The notes beneath the pieces were generated by a model that saw only the letters and a list, made by a program, of their open reading frames with translations, was not told where the DNA came from and ran no database searches. This document shows positions 8,923-18,943 of a stretch of DNA of 64,000 bases, piece by piece. The position numbers and the translations under genes are program-made. The DNA comes from an uncultured Gemmatimonadales bacterium (GTDB lineage: Bacteria > Gemmatimonadota > Gemmatimonadetes > Gemmatimonadales > GWC2-71-9): the NCBI GenBank assembly GCA_963728915.1, contig CAVSLV010000002.1, positions 320,001 to 384,000 on the forward strand, written 5' to 3'. Within the stretch, counting starts at the first letter, position 1. The number at the start of each line of letters is the position of its first letter.

Positions 8923-10861
8923 CTAACGCGCGCGCATGGCGTCGAGCAGGGATTGCCCGCGCGCGTCCGCCGGCGGCGTGATCCCGAGCCAGGCGCTCAC
9001 CGTGGGAGCCGCGTCAATGACCCGGGCGGTGGGCAGGCGTTTGCCGCCGATCCCGGGACCAATGGCGCAGAGCACGGTGCGCATGTCCGGATCGATGCTC
9101 GGAAATCCGTGGTTCCCGGCCGGCGTTCGCGCGCTGCTGATCGAATCGCTCAGCGCGGCGGAATAGTAGTAGCCCGGCGCGAGGCCGAAATACACGTCGC
9201 CCCCCGCCGGCCCGCCGATGCCCAGGGTGTCGTTCGGCGCGGGCCGCCGGATCTGGGTCACGATCGGGGTCCCGTCAGGTCCCCGGACGTTCCGGAGGGC
9301 GGCGATCACCGAATCGACCACGCGATCGACCTGTTCCGGCGCCACGATCCCGCCCTTCCGGCGCACCCGGTTGACCGTGATGAAATAGGGATTGGCGACG
9401 GCGCGGGTCCGGGACAGGTCGATCCGCCCGCTGGGGTCCACCGCAAGAAGACCGGCGTTCCGTAACACGCTATTGGGATAGAAGAGCCGCCAGATCGCCC
9501 GCATGCCGTGATCCCCGCTCACCAGCAGCAGGGCGCCGCTTTGACGGGCCAGGTCCCGGAGCGCGGTCAGCCGCCGGTCCACCAGGGCCCAGCCCCGGCT
9601 CCGCATGGCGCTGATCTTCCGGGCGATTGCCGGCGCCACCCCCGGCGCCACTCCCGCAACAAAGCCGTACCAGCTGTGGTCGAGGTCGTCGGCCAGGGAG
9701 AAGTATTCCACCTGGAGATCGGGGTTCCGGATCTTCCAGGCCCAGTCCGACCCCCGCGTCATCTGCCGGGTTTCGAGCTCGGCGGTCTCGAGGTACTTGA
9801 GCTCGGCGGCGCCGTCGCCACCCTGCTCGATCGGAGGGCCGGCGTCCCGCATGATGGACCAGGCGGTATTGCCGACAAACCCGCCGACATAGGCCTCATA
9901 ACCCGCGATGACCTGGGGCTGGTTGGTCCAGTTGGTGCTCCGGGCGCTCTGATAGAGCTCGTACGAGGCCCCATCGGCGTCGAGCCGCCAGAGCCGGAAG
10001 TACACCGCGCTGCGGCGTCCGCCCGGCTCGGGAAACCAGAGCGGGTCGGAGAAGTAGCGCGCCAGGTCACGCCCCTCGAGCGGCGCCTGCTCAGGTGGAA
10101 GCGGTCGCGCCCGGACCGCCGTTGCGCCATCCCGGCTCCGGCTGATCAGGACGTCGTCGCCGCGGAACAGCGCGAACACGGAATCCCGTCCGATGGTCCA
10201 GGCAACTTCCCGGAGCGGAACGCCCGGCTCGCCGATGTTGGCCCAGGGCGGCGCCGGATGGGGCGGATTGCGGGTCTCGTTGAGGAGCCTGGGGTCCGAG
10301 CCACCGGTATACCCGTTCACCATGAACAACTGCGGGCTCGCCATGGCGGCGCTGTCCCGATGCATCGCCGCGGTGTCGCGTCCGCCCTCCGCGCGCCATC
10401 GGCCGGGATATCCGGTCTGGGTCGCGTGATGGTCGACCACTTTCCTCCCCTGGCGGGCGGCGGTGATCCAGATCGGCTCGGCGTCGAGCTGCCGGGCATC
10501 GAAGCCCGACTGGGTTTCGGTGAGCGAGAACGCTCCCCAGGGAAGCGGCGTCATCGTGTTCGCCACGACGCCGTTCACGTTGCCGTAGGCGCCGGTCCAC
10601 AGTGCCGCGTGGCTTGCCGCGGTGAGGCTCGGCCACATGGGCCGGGCTCCGTCGGCGCAGCTCGCTTCATTGAAGAAGGCGAGCAGGTTGGGAATCGCGG
10701 CGGGGTCCACCGTGCGTCTGGCCCGCTCCATGTTCATGGCGTCGAAACTCACGAAGATGGCGCGGCGTGTCACCGGTGGTGCCTCGTTGCTGGGTGGCGT
10801 CGAAGCGCATCCGGTCATCGACAACGAGGATCCACAGATTACGCCGATGAAACGGATTCAT
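8923..10861 (-). CDS. Alkaline phosphatase superfamily (nucleotide pyrophosphatase/phosphodiesterase-like) lipoprotein; probable indel near 10819
   Basis: FVSFDA, PSLTAASH, DDLDH, SGDHG and GNHG metal-binding motifs. A signal peptide MNPFHRRNLWILVV joins the lipobox MTGC after a 1-base shift. Confidence 0.8.
10831..10860. repeat. Degenerate 9-mer tandem repeat (CCACAGATT-like), copy 1
   Basis: TCCACAGATTACGCCGATGAAACGGATT; a related copy is at 27728-27748. Confidence 0.5.
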
Positions 10862-10978
10862 CCGGTGCCAGGACAACCATCCATTTGCCGGCGCTGAGGG
10901 TACAGACTTGTTGTTGGGTCGTTTCACAGTTGCTTTCCTGCCCGGAGGCGAATCCGTGTCATTCGAAGCCCGCCCAGC

Positions 10979-12277
10979 TCAGGGAAGGCCGCCGTCAGTC
11001 GCGATCACGGCATTGAGCAGTACGTTGGCGCCGTTGGTGATGTCCGCCGGCCTGGTGAATTCCTTCGGCGAATGGCTGATCCCGCCCACGCTGGGCACGA
11101 AGATCATTCCCATCGGCGTGATCCGGGCGATCTCCTGCGCATCGTGCCCCGCCCCACTCGGCATGCGCTGGCGGGTGAGGCCGAGGGAAGCGGCGGCGGC
11201 ATCGATCCAGCCCATGATCCGGGGATCCGCGAGCGCCGGCTGGCTGTGGACCAGCGGCGCGAAGGCGAAGGTCGTGCCGGTCGCCTCCCCGATGTCCTTG
11301 GCTAGCTGCTGAAAGCGCACGGTAAACCGCTCGAGTTTCTCCACCGCCAGGTCCCGGAGGTCGATGGTCATCACCACCTGCCCCGGAATCACGTTGGTGG
11401 TATTGGGAGACGGAACCACCCGCCCCACCGTCGCCACCTGCCGGCCCGGTTCGGACCGGATCGCGTCGTTGATGGCCACGGTGAATTTCGCCGCGGCGAG
11501 CATCGCGTCGTGCCGCTGGTCCATCGGGGTGGTGCCGGCATGGTTGGCAAAACCGGTGATGGTGACCTCGAACCAGCGAAGCCCCACGATCCCCTCGACC
11601 ACTCCGATGTTGATGCCGGTCTGGTCGAGCCGGCCTCCCTGCTCGATGTGGAGCTCCAGGTAGCAGGCAAGATCGCCCTTCTTCTCCACCGCCTCCGCCA
11701 GGCGGGAGACGTTCCCGCCGATGATCCCGATCCCTTCGCGAATGGTCCTCCCGGAGCGAGCGGTCTTGTCCAGGTCGGCATCGGTCAGATCGCCGATCGC
11801 GAGCTTGCTCCCGATGGTTCCGCCTTCCTCGTTCTGCCAGATCACCACCTCGAGCGGATGGCGGAGCCGCACACTCTGCTCCCGGATCGAGCGCGCCACC
11901 TCGATCGCTCCGAACGAGCCCACGACGCCGTCGAAGTTGCCGCCGTCGGTGACCGAATCGACGTGGGATCCGATCAGGATCGGCGGCAGGGACGCGGTCC
12001 CGGGAAGACGGCCACGGATGTTGCCCGCCGCGTCGATCCTCGGCTCGAGCCCGGCCTGGCGAAAGAGATCCAGCGTAAACGCCCGACCGGCGAGATCGGC
12101 CTCGGAGTAGGCCACCCGGTTGATCCCGCCTGCGGTGCGCCCGATCGCATCGAATCTCGAGACCCACCCGTTCAGGCGATCGCCGTTGACGCGGAGCGGC
12201 GCCTGGGACCGGTACACCGGCAACCCGAGCGCAGCGGCAAAGGTCGCTGACCGGTTGAGAAAGCTCCGCCGATTCAA
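10979..12277 (-). CDS. M20 Zn-dependent amidohydrolase (N-carbamoyl-amino acid/beta-ureidopropionase/allantoate amidohydrolase family) with Tat signal
   Basis: GSHVDSV..GGNFDG, NEEG, ELHIEQG, NHAGTTPM, SGAGHDAQ and SHSPKE motifs; N-terminal RRSFL. Confidence 0.9.
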   Translation of the reverse strand: MNRRSFLNRSATFAAALGLPVYRSQAPLRVNGDRLNGWVSRFDAIGRTAGGINRVAYSEADLAGRAFTLDLFRQAGLEPRIDAAGNIRGRLPGTASLPPILIGSHVDSVTDGGNFDGVVGSFGAIEVARSIREQSVRLRHPLEVVIWQNEEGGTIGSKLAIGDLTDADLDKTARSGRTIREGIGIIGGNVSRLAEAVEKKGDLACYLELHIEQGGRLDQTGINIGVVEGIVGLRWFEVTITGFANHAGTTPMDQRHDAMLAAAKFTVAINDAIRSEPGRQVATVGRVVPSPNTTNVIPGQVVMTIDLRDLAVEKLERFTVRFQQLAKDIGEATGTTFAFAPLVHSQPALADPRIMGWIDAAAASLGLTRQRMPSGAGHDAQEIARITPMGMIFVPSVGGISHSPKEFTRPADITNGANVLLNAVIATDGGLP

Positions 12278-12296
12278 GGTGCGGCCGTTCCAACGG

Positions 12297-13568
12297 TCAT
12301 GGCGTCCGGGTCATTGCAGCGTAGGTCAGGACGGTGAATTCCGCGCCCAGCGGCGGTGGGCTCCCCCCGTACGTATTGGTGTAGACCAGTGCCACCAGTT
12401 TTTCCTTCGGGTCCGCCCAATAGGTGGTGCGGAAGGCCCCGCCCCAGGAAAACGAGCCCACCGTCATCGGCGATAGATAGTCGTTCGCGGGCGTCTCCAG
12501 CGCGAACCCGAGACCGAATTCGTTGGGGAGATTCGGCAATTGATCGGTGAGCATCATCTGGATCGTTTTGGGGCTGAGCAGTCGCACCCCGTTCAGCTCT
12601 CCGCCGTTGAGGAAGAGCTGAAGAAATTTGGCATAGTCTTCGATGCTGCCGGAGAGGCCCGCCCCGCCAGAGAAATAGGTGCCGGGATGCCTGGGGTAGT
12701 CGGGATCGACGCCGTCGAACACCGGCTGGTGCGTCGGGACCATCTTGCCGTCATCCAGGTCGTGCAAGGACACCAGACGGTCGGTACGGTCGGCCGGGAG
12801 GTAGAACCACGTATCGCGCATGCCGAGGGGATCGAAAATCCGGGTCTTGAGGAACCGGTCGAACGGCATACCGGAAATGATTTCGACGAAGCAGCCCAGA
12901 ACATCGAGCCCCAGGCTGTAGGTGAACCGCTCGCCCGGCTCGTGCTTCAGCGGCAGCTTGCCGAGCACCCGCATCTTCTCGCAGATCGTCGCGGTGTTGT
13001 TCCCGATTCCGCTCGGGATGCCCGCCTTGGAATAGATCGCCTTGAACTCGTCGCTTCCGATCGCGGCATAATCGAGACCGGAGCTGTGGGTCAGCAGATT
13101 CCGGATCGTGGGACGCCGCCGGGCCGGCGCGGACTCGTAGCTCGAATCCGAGGGATTGAATTTGGTGAGCACCGTCGGATTGGCGAATTCGGGGATGTAC
13201 CGCTCGATTGGATCATCCAGCCCGAAGCGCCCTTCCTCCCAGAGCATCATCACCGCCAGCGTGGCGATCGCCTTGGACTGCGAGGCAATCCGGAAGATGT
13301 CGTCCTTCCGCATGGGAGCCCTGGTCTCGGAATCGCGATAGCCATAGGCCTTGTGCATCACGACCTGGCCGTCCCGCGCGATGAACACCACCGCGCCGGG
13401 AATCTGCCCCTTCGCCACCATCGGCTCGATCAGGGAGTCGATCCGCGCCAGCCGGGCGGAAGAAAATCCCGCCAGCTCTGGCCTGACCACCGGACGGAAC
13501 TGGGCGCGCGCCGAGCCAGGCACCAGAATGGCAACCAGCAGAGCCGCGGGCAAACGGAGTGGATGCAT
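12297..13568 (-). CDS. Serine hydrolase, beta-lactamase class C-like, secreted
   Basis: FRIASQSK (SxxK), LLTHSSG, FTYS and SWGG motifs; signal peptide. Confidence 0.88.
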   Translation of the reverse strand: MHPLRLPAALLVAILVPGSARAQFRPVVRPELAGFSSARLARIDSLIEPMVAKGQIPGAVVFIARDGQVVMHKAYGYRDSETRAPMRKDDIFRIASQSKAIATLAVMMLWEEGRFGLDDPIERYIPEFANPTVLTKFNPSDSSYESAPARRRPTIRNLLTHSSGLDYAAIGSDEFKAIYSKAGIPSGIGNNTATICEKMRVLGKLPLKHEPGERFTYSLGLDVLGCFVEIISGMPFDRFLKTRIFDPLGMRDTWFYLPADRTDRLVSLHDLDDGKMVPTHQPVFDGVDPDYPRHPGTYFSGGAGLSGSIEDYAKFLQLFLNGGELNGVRLLSPKTIQMMLTDQLPNLPNEFGLGFALETPANDYLSPMTVGSFSWGGAFRTTYWADPKEKLVALVYTNTYGGSPPPLGAEFTVLTYAAMTRTP

Positions 13569-13710
13569 GGGAACTCCGGACGGATTGGCGTCGAAAACGG
13601 CCACTGGGGCGTCCCTATTATACCGCCTGACGCAGGGCTTGGCCGGGTCGGCCGGCTCCGACTATCCTGAGGCGTTCGAGGTTCGGTCAATTCACCTGAG
13701 GAGTACCACC

Positions 13711-14410
13711 ATGTCCGCCCTGCCCCGTACGGTTCTCGCTCTCGCACTGGTCGCTGCATGCCGGCCGTCGCCCACGGCCAGGAAACCTCCCGCGCCGTCT
13801 CCGGCGGGGGCATTTCGGTTCAGGGGTGGGCCGGAAAGGTCGACGCCAACGAAGAGCGCGCCGGTCGTACCGTGAACGATGCCAAACTGACCAAGGAAGG
13901 GTAACGGGCTGCACGTCGTCACCGGGCCGGCGATCGTCTACTGGAACCCGGCCAACAAGGCGAGCGGGGATTACACGGTCAAGGCCACGTTCACCGAAGC
14001 CAAGTACATGAACCTGAACGATCACCCCCATCCCTACGGGATCGTGATCGCCGGGAACGACCTTGGAACGGACAATCAGAGCCTGCTCTACTGCGCTGCC
14101 TACGGGAACGGGTTCTTTATCGTGCGGGGATTCGGCCCGGCTCCGTTCCGCATGAACGGTGGACGGGGAGAGGCCAACGATGCCGTGCACAAGGCAGCCG
14201 GACCAGGGCAGCCGGTCACCCAGGAGATCGCGCTGTCGGTCAAGGGAGACAAGGTCGAATGCGCCATCAACGGTACGGTGGTCGGGAGCTATGCCAAGGC
14301 CGACCTGGTCGGCCCCGGCAAGCTCAAGTCAACCGATGGAGTGTATGGGATCCGTTTCGCGCCACAACACCGAGGGGACGGTCACGGGATTGACGGTCAC
14401 GAAGCCGTAA
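13711..14410 (+). CDS. Secreted beta-rich hypothetical protein (possibly DUF1080/ConA-like), split by several indels
   Basis: A continuous protein-like sequence runs across frames: signal peptide, ...GDYTVKATFTEAKYMNLNDHPHPYG...DGVYGIRF..HNTEGTVTGLTVTKP*. Confidence 0.55.
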
Positions 14411-14424
14411 CAGATAGCCGGGAT

Positions 14425-14486
14425 GGGGTCAGACCCCAAACTCCGGGACCTTGCCTGGTCCTGGTGGACTGAAAGGGTCTGACCCT
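14425..14486. repeat. Pair of REP-like palindromes in inverted orientation between convergent genes
   Basis: GGGGTC-A-GACCCC (14425-14437) and AGGGTC-T-GACCCT (14474-14486). Their 11-bp cores are reverse complements of each other. Confidence 0.6.
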
Positions 14487-14500
14487 CTTCGCCGGTCCAG

Positions 14501-14981
14501 TTACTGTTTCGCCAGCACGAAGGTCTGGGCGAAGTCCTGTCCCTGGACACTGAGGGTGCGCTGCTGGGTCAGGGTCTTGCCATCCGCGTGAGAGCTCGTA
14601 GCGATCGGTGATGGTGAGCTTCGCCATTCGGGTTTGGCGCCGTGCTCACGCTCACCAGCACCGGCCCTTCCCAGTGGAGGGTGCTGGTCACTTCATTCGG
14701 GCCCACCATGTTCTTGTACGGTTTGCCATCGATCCCGTAGACCAGGGTCGTCACATTCTCCTGTCCGTTCGCTACGACGACCCGCTTGATGGTGAGGCCC
14801 GGGTCCTTGTGAACGACACTGTCCGATTCGACTCTGGATGGGTGGCAACATCCCGAAATCACTCTTGTCGGTCTGAAGCACCCAGACTCCGCTCAGAGTC
14901 GGGAGGGCTTCTGAGCTTGCAAGAAGTCGACGAAAGGCCTGCCAGCAGGGTGAAGACAGCCAGGTGCTTGATCCCGCGCAT
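14501..14981 (-). CDS. Secreted hypothetical beta-barrel (lipocalin-like) protein, split by indels
   Basis: Stitched frames give MRGIKHLAVFTLLAG..SGVWVLQTDKSDFG..TLVYGIDGKP..LHWEGPVLV..RYELS.DGKTLTQQRTL..FVLAKQ*. Confidence 0.6.
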
Positions 14982-15154
14982 GGGTGAAATCCGGTCCTTT
15001 CGCGTTGGGTCCCGCACTGGAAAGATAGCGGTCCGTGGCCCCGGCCGGCTTGGTCGTGGCGGGCCGGGAAATCGGCTGGTAGGTTCCGATCCCGCCACGG
15101 CTCTCGTCGAGGACCGCCGGTATCGCGCAGATCGACTTTCCGCGCGCTCCTCCT

Positions 15155-17266
15155 TTGCTGGTTCCGGCGCCCCGCCCCCGCCTTCGGCCAGGGGATCTCT
15201 TACCCCAGAGACAGCCAAGGTCGATCACGTCGATGACTACTTCGGGACCAGGGTCTCCGGATCCGTTCCGCTGGCTGGAAGACGATACCGCTTCCGCGGT
15301 CAAGGCCTGGGTGCAGGCGGAAAACGCGGTGACCTTCGGATATCTCGACAAGATCCCGTTCCGCACGGCAGCTTCGGGCCCGGCTGGAGCGGCTCTACAA
15401 CTACCCTCGCCTGGGCGCGCCGTTCCGGACCGGCCCGTACTACACCTTCTCGCGGAACGACGGACTCCAGAACCAGTCGGTTCTCTATATCCAGAAGGGG
15501 CTGACGGGAACGCCGAGGTGCTGATCGATCCCAACAAGCTCTCCAGCGACGGCACCGTTCGGCTCGGCGCCGCCCGGCTATCGCCCGGATGGCAGGTACT
15601 TCGGTTACGGCACCTCGAGCGGCGGTTCGGATTGGCAGGAATACCACGTGATGGTCACGGCAACCCGGAAGCCGCTTCCCGACCTGATCCGCTGGGTCAA
15701 GGTTTCCGGGTTGAGCTGGTACCGGGATGGGTTTTTCTACAGCCGGTACCCTGCCCCGGCCGACACGACCAAGGCGCTTTCCGGCTCCAACGAGAACCAC
15801 CGGGTGTATTACCACCGGCTGGGCACCCTCCAGAGCCAGGATCAGCTGGTGTTCGAGGACCCGGCCCATCCCAAGCGCTTTCATACCGTGCAGGTCACCG
15901 AAGATCAGCGCTACCTCATCCTGACCATCTCGGATCGAAGCGCCGCGGGGAACGACGGAAATGCGCTCTACGTCCGGAACCTCACCACCGGCGAAACCGG
16001 GTTCCGGCCCGTCGTGACCTCCTTCCTGGACAGTTACAACGTGCTCGATAACGTCGGCAGCAGGTTGCTGGTGATGACCAACCGGGGCGCGCCCAACTGG
16101 CGGGTCGTGGAGATCGATCCGGCCCATCCGGAGGAGTCGAGCTGGCGGGAGATTCTGCCCGAAAAGCCCGAGCCGCTCGACAATGCCTCGACCGCCGGCG
16201 GTCGCCTCTTCGCCACCTACATGAAGGACGTGGCCCATCGGGTCTACGTCTACGACCTGAACGGGAAGCTGGAGCGGGAAATCGCCCTGCCCACGCTGGG
16301 GCGGGTCGGCGGGTTAGGAGGAAACCACGACGACCGGACCATCTTCTACACCTTCCTGTCCTTCACCTATCCGCCCACCGTCTTTCGGTACGACATCGCC
16401 ACCGGCGCCTCGACCAGCTACCGCCAGACCGAGGTGCCCTTCGATCCGGGACAGTTCGAAACCCACCAGGTGTTCTACCAGAGCAAGGATGGTACCCGGA
16501 TTCCGATGTTCCTGGTCTACAAGAAGGGGCTGACCCTCGATGGGCAACGGCCCACCCTCCTCTATGCCTACGGCGGGTTCAACATTGCGTCCAACCCGTC
16601 GTTCAATCCCCTCCTGGTGGCCCTGCTGGAGCAGGGCGGGGTCTACGCCCTGGCGAACATCAGGGGCGGCAGCGAGTACGGGGAGGCCTGGCATCGCGCC
16701 GGGATGCTGCTCAAGAAGCAGAACGTGTTCGATGACTTCATCGCGGCAGCGGAATGGCTCAAGGCGAGCGGCTACACCTCGACCGCCCGGTGCGCGATCC
16801 AGGGCGGGTCGAACGGCGGCCTCCTGGTCGGCGCGGTCATGACCCAGCGGCCCGACCTCTGCCACGTCGCCCTTCCCGCGGTCGGGGTCATGGACATGCT
16901 CCGATACCACAAGTTCACGATCGGATGGAACTGGGCCGCCGAATACGGTTCCAGCGACGACCCGGTGCATTTCCGGAACCTCCTGTCCTATTCTCCGCTC
17001 CAGAATCTCAAGCCCGGCACCAGTTACCCGGCCACCCTGGTCACCACCGCCGATCACGACGATCGGGTGGTCCCGCCCATTCGTTCAAGTTCGCCGCGAC
17101 CCTGCAGGAGGATCAGGCCGGTCCGAACCCGGCCCTGATCCGGATCGAAACCCGATCGGGACACGGCGCGGTGAACGTCGCCAAGCAGCTCGACCAGACC
17201 GCCGATCTCTACTCGTTCATGTTCTTCAACATGGGCATCACCCCGAACTACCCGGCAATTCCATGA
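15155..17266 (+). CDS. Prolyl oligopeptidase (S9A), multiple indels; start uncertain
   Basis: DPFRWLED, a beta-propeller region, IRGGSEYG, catalytic [14 protein letters not shown] and SGHG, spread across frames. Confidence 0.85.
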
Positions 17267-18159
17267 ACCGGACGCCCTGACCCGCCGGGAGTTTCTGGCC
17301 GGAACCGGAGCGACGGTGCTGGCGTTGGGCATGCCCGGGGACCTGCCCCGCCTCCGCTGCCGAGCCGTTCCGGATTTCGCTGGCCCAGTGGTCGTTCCAT
17401 CGAGCATTGCAATCCGGCAGGATGGACCACCTCGATTTTGCCAAGGTGGCGCGCACCGAGTTCGACCTCGACGCCATCGAGTTCGTGAACACCTTCTTCA
17501 AGACCCGGGCAACCGACCCGGCCTACCTCGCCGAGATGAACCGGCGCGCCAGGGACTTCGGCATCACCCACCATCTCATCATGTGTGACGCCGAGGGACG
17601 CCTGGGAGATCCCGACGCCGCCCTGCGGAGCCGCGCCGTCGAGAACCACCACAAGTGGGTCGATGCCGCGAAAACGCTGGGCTGCATCACCATCCGGGTC
17701 AATGCGGAAAGCGAGGGCAGTCCGGAGGAACAGCAGAAGCTCTGCGCCGACGGGCTGCGCCGGCTCACCGAGTACGGAGCGAGCCAGGACATCAACGTGA
17801 TCGTGGAGAACCACGGCGGTCTCGCCTCCCACGGCGACTGGATGGCCGGCTTGATGCGCCTGGTGAACCACCCCCGCTGCGGCACCCTGCCAGACTTCGG
17901 CAACTTCTACGAGTATGATCGCTACCAGGGCGTCACCGACATGATGCCGTTCGCCAAGGCGGTGAGCGCCAAATCCTACGATTTCAACGAGCAGGGCGAG
18001 GAAACCACCATCGACTACCACCGGATGCTCAGGATCGTGACCGGGGCGGGGTTCCACTCCTGGATCGGGATCGAGTACGAGGGCGAACGGCTGGGAGAGA
18101 AGGAAGGAGTCGCGAAGACCAAGGCCCTGATGGAACGGATCCGCTCCGAGTTGAGCTGA
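17263..18159 (+). CDS. Sugar phosphate isomerase/epimerase (xylose isomerase-like TIM barrel) with Tat signal; N-terminal indels
   Basis: TRREFL Tat motif; SLAQWS, VENHGG, LPDFGNF, SAK and GIEYEG motifs. Confidence 0.8.
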
Positions 18160-18182
18160 CCTTCCACTGTCCGCCGGTCCGC

Positions 18183-18941
18183 CTACCAACTCACCTGCAG
18201 CCCTGTCGTCAGGAGACGATCCGTCTTCACCAGATCGGCGGATGGCGGGGTCTTGTTGTACTTGATCTGATAGCTCGCCTTGAGGGCGAAGTGGCTCGAG
18301 ATCGGAGCGACCAGCATGGTCTCGCTGGTGACCCGATGGTTCTGACCCGTCCGCAGATCGGGAATGAACTCAAAGCTCTCCTGGAAATAGGCCGTCTTGG
18401 TGAAACGGTAGCGGTACCGGAAGGCCGTCCGACCGGTGGCGAACTGTCCGCTCTCGGTCATCGACTCGTCGGGAGACAGGTACTTTCGCTCCTGGACGAA
18501 TCCGAACCCTCCCTCGAGCTGAAGCTCGTGCCGATCGGAAGCGAGCGCCGACCAGGTGAACCCGATGCCTTCCTCCACCCGCCGGGCGATTCCGGCGAAC
18601 CGGTCCCGCTCGTATCCCACGAACGCGTAGGTCGCGATGCGCGCCCCGGCGGGATACTCGGCCCGGATCCGCGCCTGCTGACTGTTGGCGTTCTGCTCCC
18701 CGTCGCTGCGTCCATAGATCAATCCGAAGCTCTGGGTGAACAGCAACCGCCCGGACCGAAGCAGCAGGCGATCCGCCACATTGATTGTCGTGACCTCGGT
18801 ATTCCCGGCGGCGTTCACCAGGCCGACGTCGCCGGTGAACTGCACCGGTTTGGGTGCCTCCTGGCCGCTCAACACCGGGGCGGGAAGGATCAGGAGCAAG
18901 GGGAGCAGGAGCGGGCGGGGACGGGGACAGGCCATCGGCAT
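18183..18941 (-). CDS. DUF481/YdiY-like outer-membrane beta-barrel protein
   Basis: Signal peptide, GNTEVTT, YERDRFAGI, alternating beta strands, and C-terminal LQVSW. Confidence 0.8.
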   Translation of the reverse strand: MPMACPRPRPLLLPLLLILPAPVLSGQEAPKPVQFTGDVGLVNAAGNTEVTTINVADRLLLRSGRLLFTQSFGLIYGRSDGEQNANSQQARIRAEYPAGARIATYAFVGYERDRFAGIARRVEEGIGFTWSALASDRHELQLEGGFGFVQERKYLSPDESMTESGQFATGRTAFRYRYRFTKTAYFQESFEFIPDLRTGQNHRVTSETMLVAPISSHFALKASYQIKYNKTPPSADLVKTDRLLTTGLQVSW

Positions 18942-18943
18942 AC

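Noticed and set aside
6919..9465. Long antisense/alternate-frame ORFs (e.g. 6919-9465 +, 31393-33861 +, 49577-52075 +, 40123-41817 +)
   Set aside because: These are shadow ORFs opposite well-supported genes, expected in high-GC DNA, and carry no recognisable motifs.
12297..13568. Antibiotic-resistance beta-lactamase
   Set aside because: This is a generic SxxK serine hydrolase without the KTG motif (it has SWGG). The family is dominated by esterases and peptidases, and there is no mobile context.
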